From positions 100,872 to 164,871 of the forward strand of contig CALGLP010000023.1 of the NCBI GenBank assembly GCA_937930175.1: a stretch of DNA of 64,000 nucleotides, read 5' to 3'. The notes under the pieces are model-generated. The model saw only the letters and a list, made by a program, of their open reading frames with translations. It was not told the DNA's origin and searched no databases. Position numbers and translations under genes: made by a program. The DNA is from an uncultured bacterium (GTDB lineage Bacteria > Omnitrophota > Gorgyraeia > Zapsychrales > Aceulaceae). Numbering within the stretch: the first letter of the stretch is position 1; each line of letters starts with the position of its first letter. Of the stretch, positions 18,530 to 28,145 are shown one piece after another.

Positions 18530-19564
18530 ATGAAAAAGGAGATTAAGGGCAGTTGCCTTTTGAGCGTCATCATTCTTGGTCTTCTTTTTTTGCATGGATG
18601 CGCGTCCGTGCCACCCCCCACGCCTTCTTCGCAAGAGCCGGATGTTATTCTTAAAGATCTGTGTGTTCGCTATGGAATTAGTTGCGTTGTGGATACGGTG
18701 AGTCAAGTAATTACTCTTGAAAAGCAGGATTTGTGCGCCAAGGCGATTGTCGGTAGCGACATTGTCATGGTGGATAACGATAAGATTAATCTGAGTAGCC
18801 CTGTGCGCATGAGTCAGGGTGTTGTTTATATTCCCGCTGATTTTAAAACAAAGGTGATCTCTCCGTTACTTAAGAAAGTTTCCTCGATTAAGGGCGCTTT
18901 TTGTATTATGCTTGATGCCGGCCACGGAGGGGATAATTGGGGGGGTGTAGGAGCTCTAGGGACAAAAGAAAAAGATGTTGTTTTAGATATTACTAAGCGA
19001 CTCAAAAGCTTGCTAGAGGAAAAAGGGATTGATGTTAAGCTGACGCGCGCGGATGATCGATTTCTTTCTTTGGAGCAAAGAGCTGATTTGGCTAATCAAG
19101 AACATGTCGATCTTTTTGTTAGTATCCATGCCAATATTGCCCAGAATCGGCAGGCCAAGGGATTTGAAGTTTTCTGTTTACGCCCTCTTGATTTTAAAGA
19201 AAGAAAAGAGGTCTTGGATCCCGAGAAGTATCATAAGATGTTTCAAGGATATAAAATGAAACAAAACGATATGCTTCTCAAGAAAACCGTGATCGACATG
19301 CTTAGTGATTATAAAAATTATGAATCTAATCGCCTGGCACGCTCGTTAGCTCAAGAAGTTTCTGTTAATATCAATTTACGTAACCGCGGGGACAAGGAAG
19401 CAGGTTTTTATGTTTTAAAGTATACTCTTGCTCCGGCGGTTTTGATTGAGGTTGGATTTTTATCTAATCGCAATGAAGAAAAAAATCTTAGGACGCCAAG
19501 TTATCGTCAGAAAATTGCTGAGGGTCTTGCGCGGAGTTTGACACGTTATGTGAACACGAGGTAA
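18530..19564 (+). CDS. N-acetylmuramoyl-L-alanine amidase (Amidase_3 / AmiC-like) lipoprotein
   Basis: Lipobox LLFLHGCAS. Amidase_3 motifs are present (IMLDAGHGGDNWG ... DLFVSIHANI ... GFLSN). Confidence 0.8.
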   Translation: MKKEIKGSCLLSVIILGLLFLHGCASVPPPTPSSQEPDVILKDLCVRYGISCVVDTVSQVITLEKQDLCAKAIVGSDIVMVDNDKINLSSPVRMSQGVVYIPADFKTKVISPLLKKVSSIKGAFCIMLDAGHGGDNWGGVGALGTKEKDVVLDITKRLKSLLEEKGIDVKLTRADDRFLSLEQRADLANQEHVDLFVSIHANIAQNRQAKGFEVFCLRPLDFKERKEVLDPEKYHKMFQGYKMKQNDMLLKKTVIDMLSDYKNYESNRLARSLAQEVSVNINLRNRGDKEAGFYVLKYTLAPAVLIEVGFLSNRNEEKNLRTPSYRQKIAEGLARSLTRYVNTR

Positions 19565-19568
19565 GACA

Positions 19569-20366
19569 ATGCATAAAAATCATTGTCCCATTGGTGTTTT
19601 TGATTCTGGACTTGGAGGCTTGACCGCGGTCAAGGAGTTGATGCGTCAACTGCCTCAAGAGGATATTGTTTATTTTGGGGATACGGCCCGCGTGCCTTAT
19701 GGCACAAAGTCTAAAGAGGCGATCATTCGTTTTTCGCAAGAGAACGCTGAGTTTTTGATTAAGCATAAGGTTAAAATGATCGTTGTGGCTTGCAATTCTT
19801 CATCGAGTTTTGCCTTAGAATATTTGCGCAAAAAATATTCTTTGCCGATTGTGGGCGTGATTGTTCCTGGCGCGTGCAAGGCCGTGCAAATGACCCGCAA
19901 GCAGCTTATTGGTGTGATCGCCACTTCAGCAACGATCAATAGCGGGGAGTATGAACGGACCATCAAGGGTATTGATAAAAATATACGAGTTGTGAACACT
20001 GCCTGTCCGCTTTTTGTTCCATTAGTTGAGGAAGGGTGGTTTCAAGGCCCTGTAACAGAGGGGGCGGCTAAGATTTATTTGAAGGGTGTGATGCGCGCTA
20101 AGGTGGATGTCCTTATTTTAGGGTGTACGCATTATCCATTGCTCAAAAGCGTGATTCAAAAGATTGTTGGCCCCAAAGTTTATTTAGTGGACTCTGCGAA
20201 AGAAATTGCGAATAATGTGAAGGAGCTTCTGGGGGTCATGGGCATTGCCAATGTGAAAAGTCATCGTGGGCAGCAAAAATTTTTTGTGAGTGATAAGCCG
20301 CAGCATTTTAAAAAACTTGCGAAACGGTTTTTGGGCTGTGATATTAAAAATATTACCAAGGTGTGA
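19569..20366 (+). CDS. murI: Glutamate racemase
   Basis: N-terminal IGVFDSGLGGLT motif. Second active-site region VVACNSSS. The 265-aa size fits. Confidence 0.9.
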   Translation: MHKNHCPIGVFDSGLGGLTAVKELMRQLPQEDIVYFGDTARVPYGTKSKEAIIRFSQENAEFLIKHKVKMIVVACNSSSSFALEYLRKKYSLPIVGVIVPGACKAVQMTRKQLIGVIATSATINSGEYERTIKGIDKNIRVVNTACPLFVPLVEEGWFQGPVTEGAAKIYLKGVMRAKVDVLILGCTHYPLLKSVIQKIVGPKVYLVDSAKEIANNVKELLGVMGIANVKSHRGQQKFFVSDKPQHFKKLAKRFLGCDIKNITKV

Positions 20367-20734
20367 TCATGTATGAATTGACGGTTAAGGGTGAGTTTGC
20401 AGCGTCGCACTCCCTTCGCGATTATGAAGGCAAGTGCAAGAATTTACACGGACATACTTGGCGCGTGGATATTGTTGTTGCTGGTAAGGCGCTTAATAAT
20501 GTGGGGATGGTGATCGACTTTAAAGAAATCAAAAGCCATCTACACGCGTTTCTTGAAACCCTTGATCATCAGCATTTAAATGATTTGGAACATTTTAAAG
20601 TCGTGAATCCAACCTCGGAACAGATTGCCAAGTATCTTTTTGATTGCCTCAAAGAAAAGTTGCACACCGTTAAGGTCAAAAAAGTCACTGTGTGGGAATC
20701 GGACAAGTCTGGCGCTTCTTATGACGAAGCCTAA
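20363..20734 (+). CDS. queD: 6-carboxy-5,6,7,8-tetrahydropterin synthase (QueD / PTPS family)
   Basis: CxxxHGH zinc motif (CKNLHGHTWRVDIVV). The product is 123 aa and the gene is immediately followed by queC/E/F. Confidence 0.8.
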   Translation: MIMYELTVKGEFAASHSLRDYEGKCKNLHGHTWRVDIVVAGKALNNVGMVIDFKEIKSHLHAFLETLDHQHLNDLEHFKVVNPTSEQIAKYLFDCLKEKLHTVKVKKVTVWESDKSGASYDEA

Positions 20735-21401
20735 AAATAATAAAGCGGTTGTTTTGCTTTCTGGAGGACTTGATTCAGCGACAACCCTTTACGTTGCTCT
20801 CCATCAAGGGTATTGGCCTCTAGCACTTATTTTTGATTATGGGCAACGTCACAGAAAAGAAATCATCCGGGCTAAGGCTATTGCAAAGCGCGCAGGTTGT
20901 CCTTGCAAGGTGGTTAAGCTTTCGTTCCCTTGGAAAGGTTCTGCGTTGACCGATCGCGCGATGGATATTGCCCCACACCGGCCTTTTAAGCGTAGGCAAG
21001 AAGCAATCCCTTCCACTTATGTCCCCTCGAGAAATATTATCTTTCTAAGTGTTGCTGCTTCCTGGGCGGAGGTCATAGGTGCGCAGGCGATTTTTATCGG
21101 TGCTAATGCCATTGATTATTCGGGATATCCGGATTGTCGGCCTAAGTTTTTAAACGCTTTTCAGACCATGCTTTCTCTTGGGACAAAAACAGGTGTCGAG
21201 AATAAAAAGATTAAGATTTGCGCGCCACTTTTACGCAAAACAAAACAAGAGATCATTCGCTTAGGCGTAAGCCTCAATGTTCCTTATCGTCTGACATGGT
21301 CGTGCTATCAAGGAAAACAAAAGCCCTGTGGTGTTTGCGATAGTTGTCAGTTGCGTCAAAAAGGTTTTGCAGCGCTTAAAATGAAAGATCCGGGTTTGTG
21401 A
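20721..21401 (+). CDS. queC: 7-cyano-7-deazaguanine synthase
   Basis: PP-loop motif AVVLLSGGLDS. C-terminal Cys cluster (CGVCDSC). The ATG at 20721 avoids the long overlap with queD implied by the track start at 20625. Confidence 0.85.
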   Translation: MTKPKNNKAVVLLSGGLDSATTLYVALHQGYWPLALIFDYGQRHRKEIIRAKAIAKRAGCPCKVVKLSFPWKGSALTDRAMDIAPHRPFKRRQEAIPSTYVPSRNIIFLSVAASWAEVIGAQAIFIGANAIDYSGYPDCRPKFLNAFQTMLSLGTKTGVENKKIKICAPLLRKTKQEIIRLGVSLNVPYRLTWSCYQGKQKPCGVCDSCQLRQKGFAALKMKDPGL

Positions 21402-22087
21402 TGAGCGCGAGAATTAGTGAAATTTTTAAATCCATTCAAGGCGAAGGAATCTATCTGGGTGTGTCCCAGGTTTTTGTCCGCTTCTTTGGATGCAGCTTAA
21501 ATTGCAGAATTTGTGATACGCCCCAAGGCAAAGATCTTGCGTATGGTTTTAAAGAATACACGGCGCAAGAACTTTTGAGCCAGGTGTGGTTGTTGTCGCA
21601 AGGCATTCATTCGGTGAGCCTTTCGGGTGGCGAGCCTTTAGAGCAAAAAGAATTTTTGAAAAGTTTTTTACTTCTTCTTAAAGGTAAGGGGCTCAAGACT
21701 TATTTAGAAACAAACGGGATCTTGGCGGAGTCTCTGCAGGATGTGATTGGCCTGGTTGATATTGTGGCGATGGATATGAAACTTCCAAGCTCGACGGGGG
21801 AAAGGGCATTCTGGCCGGAGCATCGCGCTTTTCTTCATATCGCTAAGCAACGAGATGTTTTTGTTAAAGTCGTGATGACGCTTGGGACGCTCTTTGATGA
21901 TGTTGCGAACGCGGCAAGACTTGCATCAGAGGTGAATCGTGGTATAGTATTTATCCTGCAGCCTAATTTTTTTGAGTCAAGCGCGAAACTGTTAGAGATC
22001 TGTCAAGAGGCGCATGGGATTGCAAGAGAATATTTAGATGATGTTCGTATTATTCCGCAGATGCATAAACATTTAGGAATCCGATGA
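21398..22087 (+). CDS. queE: 7-carboxy-7-deazaguanine synthase (radical SAM)
   Basis: Radical-SAM Cys triad (FFGCSLNCRICDT). The gene sits between queC and queF, with ATGA start/stop overlap. Confidence 0.8.
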   Translation: MMSARISEIFKSIQGEGIYLGVSQVFVRFFGCSLNCRICDTPQGKDLAYGFKEYTAQELLSQVWLLSQGIHSVSLSGGEPLEQKEFLKSFLLLLKGKGLKTYLETNGILAESLQDVIGLVDIVAMDMKLPSSTGERAFWPEHRAFLHIAKQRDVFVKVVMTLGTLFDDVANAARLASEVNRGIVFILQPNFFESSAKLLEICQEAHGIAREYLDDVRIIPQMHKHLGIR

Positions 22088-22491
22088 TGGGAAAAAGAAA
22101 GAAAACATACGAAGGATTGCAAGAAAACGTCCGTACGCTGAAGACCCCTAGCATTGATGTTTGGCGTAATAAATACGCAGATCGTGATTATGTTGTGGAT
22201 TTAACTACTGATGAGTTTACCTGTATTTGTCCTAAAACAGGTTTGCCGGATTTTGCCACGATTAAGGTGTATTATAAACCTGATCAAAAATGTCTTGAGC
22301 TTAAATCATTTAAATATTATTTAATGTTTTATCGGGATATTGGTATTTTTCATGAACATCTGACCAATCGGATTTTAGATGATATTATTAAGGCGTCTAA
22401 TCCTCGCTGGGTCAAGGTTGAGGTTGCGATGAAACCCCGGGGAGGTATTGAGACGGTGGTGACGGCAGAGTATCCTCAAACAAAACGATGA
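22084..22491 (+). CDS. queF: NADPH-dependent 7-cyano-7-deazaguanine reductase (unimodular type)
   Basis: The catalytic Cys region (FTCICPKTGLPDFATIKVYY) and the QueF motif (EHLTNRI, E-x-h-T-N-R) are present. The product is 135 aa. Confidence 0.8.
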   Translation: MMGKRKKTYEGLQENVRTLKTPSIDVWRNKYADRDYVVDLTTDEFTCICPKTGLPDFATIKVYYKPDQKCLELKSFKYYLMFYRDIGIFHEHLTNRILDDIIKASNPRWVKVEVAMKPRGGIETVVTAEYPQTKR

Positions 22492-22500
22492 AAGGTTTTT

Positions 22501-23208
22501 ATGCCAAGAGCTCATGGACGTCGTGCGGATGAACTGAGATCGGTCAAGATCACCAAGCCTTATTTAAAGCATGCGCCAGGCTCATGCTTGATCGAGTTTG
22601 GCGAAACTAAGGTTATCTGCAGCGCCATTTTGGAAAATATGGTTCCGCTTTTTTTAAAAGGTACGGGTACGGGTTGGTTGACAGCTGAGTATGGCATGCT
22701 TCCCTGTTCTTGCGATCAGCGTGTGGCACGCAATAAGACATCCGGAAGGACTTTTGAGATCCAGCGTTTGATTGGGCGTTCGCTTCGTAGTATTGTTGAT
22801 TTTTCTGCCATTGGCGAAAGAACGATTAAGATTGATTGCGATGTGATCCAGGCGGATGGAGGCACAAGGACAGCTGCGATCACTGGAAGTTATGTTGCTT
22901 TGGTATGCCTTTTGAAACAATGTAAAAAAGAATTGCGATGGCTAGAGCTTCCTTTGAAAGATATTGTCGCGGCGGTTAGCGTTGGGGTTCTTAAAGGTGA
23001 GACGTTGCTTGATCTAAACTTTGAAGAAGATTCTAAGGCAGATATGGATATGAACGTTGTCATGCGCGGATGCGGTGATTTTATTGAAGTGCAAGGGACA
23101 GCGGAAGGTGTTCCTTTTTCACGCGCCAGAATGAATGCAGCCCTAGATTTAGCAGAAAAGGGAATTGAAGAGCTTTTTGATATTCAAAAGAATGCTTTGG
23201 CAGAGTAA
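22501..23208 (+). CDS. rph: Ribonuclease PH
   Basis: The N-terminus ([33 protein letters not shown]) and [14 protein letters not shown] are classic RNase PH motifs. Confidence 0.9.
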   Translation: MPRAHGRRADELRSVKITKPYLKHAPGSCLIEFGETKVICSAILENMVPLFLKGTGTGWLTAEYGMLPCSCDQRVARNKTSGRTFEIQRLIGRSLRSIVDFSAIGERTIKIDCDVIQADGGTRTAAITGSYVALVCLLKQCKKELRWLELPLKDIVAAVSVGVLKGETLLDLNFEEDSKADMDMNVVMRGCGDFIEVQGTAEGVPFSRARMNAALDLAEKGIEELFDIQKNALAE

Positions 23209-23235
23209 AGTGTAGGGAGTTAAGAGGTAATAGGG

Positions 23236-23270
23236 AAGGCGCCTTTTTCTTCAAAGAAAAAGGCGCCTTA
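23236..23270. terminator. Bidirectional intrinsic terminator between the convergent rph gene and the minus-strand hypothetical gene
   Basis: Perfect 13-bp stem (aaggcgccttttt/aaaaaggcgcctt) with loop cttcaaag. It is flanked by T-runs on both strands. Confidence 0.6.
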
Positions 23271-23318
23271 TGTTTTTATCTTGAAAGCGTTAGGAAGCTT
23301 TAAGAATAAAAGGCCTTT

Positions 23319-23981
23319 TTAAATCTCGAGATCTTGTTGATACGTATGTACAAAAGGATCCACATAAAGCTCTACGCTTGAAAGGACTTTATTCTTCTCA
23401 CAGATGCAGATTAAGAGTTTCGTATGTTCAGGGAGCCTGCCGTCGCCGTAGGTGTAAAGATGATAGGAACCATCAATGCTAACTGGTGTTTCCGCAAGAA
23501 TGTATCCGGGAGGTGTTTGTAGCTGCGCTATTTTTCCAGAAGAAATACATTCGGTATCTCTATTTTCTTTGACCTTGCCAGAAAAAAGAAGTGGCCGTTC
23601 ACAAAAACTCCAGCTTAAAGGAAGTTGGATCGCGCCTAAATCATAAGCGTTCTGACGAGGCAAGAATACGAATCGTTCAGTTCCAAAAAAGATGGGAAAT
23701 GGTTTGCCAAAGGAAGATGGTGTCGAGTATGTGCAAATATGCACACCGATATCTTGTCCGCGTAAGGACAAGGGGACTTCTTTTTTGAAATAAAAGTGTC
23801 CTGTCGGTCCAGAAAGGGTTTTTCCTAAAGCGAGAAGAGTTTCGCCATTTGGACCACTGGTAACAAACTCAATAACTGCATTCTTAATAGGGGTATTTTC
23901 AAAAAAGATATGCCCTGAAATCTCCAGACTGACGTTGAGTTTTTCTAGGGCTGATTGTTTTTCTTGTTTTTGGATGAGCAT
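23319..23981 (-). CDS. Hypothetical protein (220 aa, no recognisable motif)
   Basis: Long ORF convergent with rph. It shares the bidirectional terminator. No family could be assigned by eye. Confidence 0.45.
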   Translation of the reverse strand: MLIQKQEKQSALEKLNVSLEISGHIFFENTPIKNAVIEFVTSGPNGETLLALGKTLSGPTGHFYFKKEVPLSLRGQDIGVHICTYSTPSSFGKPFPIFFGTERFVFLPRQNAYDLGAIQLPLSWSFCERPLLFSGKVKENRDTECISSGKIAQLQTPPGYILAETPVSIDGSYHLYTYGDGRLPEHTKLLICICEKNKVLSSVELYVDPFVHTYQQDLEI

Positions 23982-24415
23982 GGCAATTCACCTCCTTTTT
24001 GAGAGCTTTAGGTTAGTCAGTTTACGTTTTTATAAGAGAAGAAGTATAAAAGATAACACCCTTGGGGTAGGTTGCGTTACCACAAAGAAGTGTGGATATC
24101 AGTTTTGCAGGCCTGATGGAACAATATGGGAAGATTTTTTAATAAGAAGCGCACGGCCTACCTTTTTGAGAGTGTGATCTTAAAAAGGTTTTGAAAGATC
24201 GCTCGTGGCTATTTTAAGTATAGCATCCAGGCGCATGCAAAAACAATGGGTTTTGGCACTTGTGAGAAAGCGTTTTCTTGGAGCAGCCTTCGGAAGCGAT
24301 TATATCGACGGTAAAAAGTGTTTTGGGGGTTGAAATGTTGGAGAAAATAGTCTAAAACAGGCGGTCTTTTTTAAGAAATAAAGGGGTTTTTGTGGTATAG
24401 TAAAATAAATTTGAT

Positions 24416-25039
24416 TTGAAGCAGGGAGGAAAAATGGTTGAACTGTTGGTGGCCACGCGAAATTTAAAGAAATTTAAAGAGATCAAGGACTTATTGGCTG
24501 ATCTTTGTGTCAAGGTCACATGCCTTGAGGATTATCAGCATATGCCAGAGATCGAGGAAGATGGAAAAACGTTTGCGCAAAACGCTATGAAAAAAGCTGC
24601 CACAATTTCATTGTATACCAAGAAACTTGTGATGGGGGAGGATTCTGGGTTGGAAGTTCGCGTCTTAGGAAATCGGCCAGGGGTGTATTCTGCGCGGTTT
24701 TCTGGGTTTCAGGCCACGGATAGGAAGAACAATCAAAAGCTTTTGCGTTTGCTCAAAGGTGTACCTTTAAAAAAGAGACAAGCCCGATATCGTTGCTGTG
24801 CTGCATTGACTGACGCGCAAGGGATCGTAGGCATGGCCTCAGGCAGTTGCCAGGGGTTGATTGCTCTGCGATCAAAGGGCAAAAATGGGTTTGGCTATGA
24901 TCCGTTGTTTCTTGTTAAGAGGTTCGGTAAGACTTTTGGTGAATTGGATGCTTCCGTTAAGGCGCAGATGAGCCATAGGGCGCGAGCCCTTAAGAAATTG
25001 CGCCAGCTTATTGAAAAATATTTGGCAAGGTGTCGATAA
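24416..25039 (+). CDS. rdgB: Non-canonical purine NTP pyrophosphatase (dITP/XTP pyrophosphatase, Ham1/RdgB family)
   Basis: N-terminal VELLVATRNLKKFKEI and C-terminal GFGYDPLF motifs. The true start is probably the ATG at 24434 (MVELL). Confidence 0.85.
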   Translation: MKQGGKMVELLVATRNLKKFKEIKDLLADLCVKVTCLEDYQHMPEIEEDGKTFAQNAMKKAATISLYTKKLVMGEDSGLEVRVLGNRPGVYSARFSGFQATDRKNNQKLLRLLKGVPLKKRQARYRCCAALTDAQGIVGMASGSCQGLIALRSKGKNGFGYDPLFLVKRFGKTFGELDASVKAQMSHRARALKKLRQLIEKYLARCR

Positions 25040-27878
25040 TGAAATCTTTTGTTTTTTGAATAACATTCAATGGTTTTGAGGTAACTTTGTATTTTGGTTC
25101 TTGAATCGTTCCCGTAACTTTAACCGTTAGGATATCCTCGGCTTGTGCTAAAAAGGCTGCAATGGTTTTCTGAAGCGAGTCAGAGCTTCGGATGACCCCT
25201 TCCGCAAATTGCGACACAATATCAAAATCAAGATCTCCTTTAAACGTAACGGCCCCGTTGCAGGTGAGCTCAACTTGATTGCCTTTAATAATAGCATCCT
25301 TCACGATGACCTTTTCGTTGACGACAGAAAAGTTGCTTTCGGCGCTGTCGAGGGTAATGTTTTCATGCTCAGGAACAAAGAGCATTTGGGCTAATCCTTT
25401 AAAAACATCAAATTGCCAGAGCTTGCCATTTTTTATGGATAGAAATCCTTGACCCTGGCTGAAATTGAGATTGGATAAAGGACCGGTTCCGGCATAGGTC
25501 AGGGAGGCTAGGCCGGAGAGGTCTTTGTCCTTGAGGGGGGTGTCTTTTTTCAGGCTTGCGAGATTGACGTCTTTGATATCAACGTTAATTTTGTAAGGCG
25601 TCTCCGGGATCGATAAGTCCGATGAGCCTTGCATGGCAAGGACGCCATTATAAAATAGCGATCCTAGTGTGCATTCATTAATAAAACGGTCGCGTTGAAC
25701 GTATTTGATGGAAAGCTGATTAAACTTGTAATGATAAAAGGAAGCTTCTTTGCTGGTAATGTTGAGGACTAAGGCCCAGTCGCGCCATTGTTGCGGGTTT
25801 CCAGCAAATAATCCATCGATCAGGCAAAGGCCTTGAGGTGCGATAGGCAGTAGTTTTTCTTTAAGTTCTGGAAAAAGACTTGATAAGTCTTCGAGCAAGA
25901 GCTTTCCTTTCATTTTGATGTTAAATCTTGGCCCTTGCTGTTTCTCTTTAGGATAAAAGATTTCTCCTTGAGCGCTCATATTCGACTCATGATATTGTCC
26001 AGTGAGGCTAAGGATCGTGAGTCTTTCCGGAAAGATTTTTGAGGTAAGGTCAATATGTAAATCATCACGTTTAAGCGTCGTTAACAAGTTGTTGAATTGG
26101 AGGGTTCCGTTGAGAAGGTAGGGTTTATCCTGGAAGGTGAAGCGCAGATTATTCCAAGAACCCTGGTCAGGAAGAAAGTGTGATGGGTTGAAGCGTTCAA
26201 TCATGTAGCGAATATCTCCGGAGACGTCAAAGATGCCATCGGCTATGAGCTTTGTTTTAAAGGCAACGTCTTTGAGTGAGGCGGTGCAATCAATGGTGGC
26301 GCCCGCGAGCTGTTTTGTTGTACCTCGGTACTTGAGGTCAATTGTAGCGATCCCTTTCGCGTCAAGATTAAGCTCTGGGAGATATTGATTGATTAAGCCT
26401 GTCCATGCGCCGAGATTAAGATTTTTGGCGTTAAAAGTTATATTCAAGAAAGGATTCTTAAAGTTTTCAACAACGCCAGACAAGGCCACCGGAGTTTGGT
26501 TGACAACGGCGCTTAAGGACTCTACAGATATTTTGTTTGGCTCAAAAGTTGCCTTTCCAGAAATATTGTCAGCGGTTTGTAGGGCGGGAAGGTTGATCGC
26601 TTTAGCATCGGTGACTGTGATAGAGACTTTATAGGTAGATTGCGTAACTTCTGTTTTTGGTGACTGAGAACTTAGTGAAATATCAATCAAAGGGTTTCCG
26701 GTGACTTGGATGTCGGGCGGTAAGCTGATCCTTGTATTTTGGAGCTTGAGTTGAGATTGGCCTTGGAAGAGGCCATCGGCATAAACAAAGTCCGTTTTGC
26801 CTTGCACCTGGGCGGTTATATTTGCCTTGGGGCCAAATTGTCCTGAGAGATTCGGCGCCGTTAACGTTCCTTGTACCGCGATTTTATTGATCATTCTCGA
26901 AGCAACAAACGCATAAGAGATATCGGTTGTGATTTTCTTATCTTGTTCTAAAAGGACTTCGCCTTGCTTAAGATCAAGAAGCCCCTGAAGGCGTAGTTCT
27001 TCATTGACGATGGTCATGTCATCGAGTTTGAGCACAGGAAGACATGCGATGCTTGTTTTGTCCTCAAGAAGGACCTTGATGGGGTCAAAGATGATTTCGC
27101 CTTTGCCGGAGATTTTCCCGCTGCGCCTTGATAAATCTAACGAAGCGATGTTGATCTTTGCCTTTTGTAGAACAAAGCCTGGCAGGATGGCGTAGGCAGC
27201 TATTTTTTCGAGATTGACATTCTCAGCACGAAGTTGACATAAAAAGTCTTTGGAGAGAAAATTAAAATTAAGATCGGAGAAAACTTTGAGCGCGCCTTGT
27301 TTTTTGGGAAAGATTTTAATAGTGGCTTTGACGCTATCAGGAAGGGCAAGGGACGCATGGATGTTGATATTGTCAATGGTTTCGATCGGATCGGGGGCGA
27401 TATTTTTATCAAAGATAATCGTTGTTCCGTTGAAAATAGTGAGACCTGTCAGATAAATCTCTAAAGGCGGTTTTTCATTGTTGTTTTGAAAGAGATTCGC
27501 GAGGTCCGCAAAATTCCAGGCCCCGGTACGTTCCAGGCTGAGCATCACGATGGGCCGCGTGATCACAATCGATGGTATCATTAATTTTTTTTGCGTCAGA
27601 AGCGGTAAATAAAAAATACTGACAGCGATCTCATCGGCGGAGAAGATGTTTCCGGCTTGAGGGGCTATCTCTTGAACAGAGACATTTCTAAAGACAAGAC
27701 CTTTGAAGGGGGCGTAGTAAAGGCTTGTGATGTTGACGCGGCGATTGAGTTTTTTCGAGGCTTCATGCATAATGAATTCTTTGAGCTTGATAGGCAAGAA
27801 AACATTGTTGAGATACACCAAGCCAGCCGTGAGCAGCGCAAGGATGAGGAGGATGATTAAAATGGGTTTTTTATGCAT
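25008..27878 (-). CDS. AsmA/TamB-like large membrane-anchored protein
   Basis: 956 aa. It has an N-terminal signal anchor (KPILIILLILALLTAGLVYL). The long low-complexity beta-rich body is typical of the AsmA family. It converges on and overlaps the rdgB 3' end. Confidence 0.55.
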   Translation of the reverse strand: MHKKPILIILLILALLTAGLVYLNNVFLPIKLKEFIMHEASKKLNRRVNITSLYYAPFKGLVFRNVSVQEIAPQAGNIFSADEIAVSIFYLPLLTQKKLMIPSIVITRPIVMLSLERTGAWNFADLANLFQNNNEKPPLEIYLTGLTIFNGTTIIFDKNIAPDPIETIDNINIHASLALPDSVKATIKIFPKKQGALKVFSDLNFNFLSKDFLCQLRAENVNLEKIAAYAILPGFVLQKAKINIASLDLSRRSGKISGKGEIIFDPIKVLLEDKTSIACLPVLKLDDMTIVNEELRLQGLLDLKQGEVLLEQDKKITTDISYAFVASRMINKIAVQGTLTAPNLSGQFGPKANITAQVQGKTDFVYADGLFQGQSQLKLQNTRISLPPDIQVTGNPLIDISLSSQSPKTEVTQSTYKVSITVTDAKAINLPALQTADNISGKATFEPNKISVESLSAVVNQTPVALSGVVENFKNPFLNITFNAKNLNLGAWTGLINQYLPELNLDAKGIATIDLKYRGTTKQLAGATIDCTASLKDVAFKTKLIADGIFDVSGDIRYMIERFNPSHFLPDQGSWNNLRFTFQDKPYLLNGTLQFNNLLTTLKRDDLHIDLTSKIFPERLTILSLTGQYHESNMSAQGEIFYPKEKQQGPRFNIKMKGKLLLEDLSSLFPELKEKLLPIAPQGLCLIDGLFAGNPQQWRDWALVLNITSKEASFYHYKFNQLSIKYVQRDRFINECTLGSLFYNGVLAMQGSSDLSIPETPYKINVDIKDVNLASLKKDTPLKDKDLSGLASLTYAGTGPLSNLNFSQGQGFLSIKNGKLWQFDVFKGLAQMLFVPEHENITLDSAESNFSVVNEKVIVKDAIIKGNQVELTCNGAVTFKGDLDFDIVSQFAEGVIRSSDSLQKTIAAFLAQAEDILTVKVTGTIQEPKYKVTSKPLNVIQKTKDFIIDTLPNIFQ

Positions 27879-28058
27879 GGCGGCATTATATCGAAATTTG
27901 GCGCACTGTACAATACATGCCTTTTCTGGAATTTAATTGAAGGTAGGTATGGGCTTCCATCATTTTTAATGGCAGGAAGGCTCATAGTTGCAACTTTACT
28001 TTTCCCGTGATATACTCATGGCTCGTTGTTCCTCATGAAAAGGAAAGACCAGTAAAAT

Positions 28059-28136
28059 CGGGGAGTAGCGCAGCTTGGTTAGCGCGTCTGTTTTGGGAAC
28101 AGAAGGTCGAGAGTTCAAATCTCTCCTCCCCGACCA
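28059..28136 (+). tRNA. tRNA-Pro (anticodon TGG)
   Basis: Hand-folded cloverleaf. Acceptor cggggag/ctccccg, D-stem gcgc, anticodon stem tctgt/acaga with loop ttTGGga. T-stem gagag/ctctc with loop ttcaaat. CCA is encoded. Confidence 0.85.
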
Positions 28137-28145
28137 TTTTTCCTC

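Noticed and set aside
20625-20720. Upstream start for queC at 20625 from the ORF track
   Set aside because: It would overlap queD by 110 nt. The conserved QueC N-terminus begins right after the in-frame ATG at 20721.
23935-24177. 80-aa ORF in the divergent intergenic region between the 23319–23981 gene and rdgB
   Set aside because: No RBS or motif. It is more likely promoter DNA.
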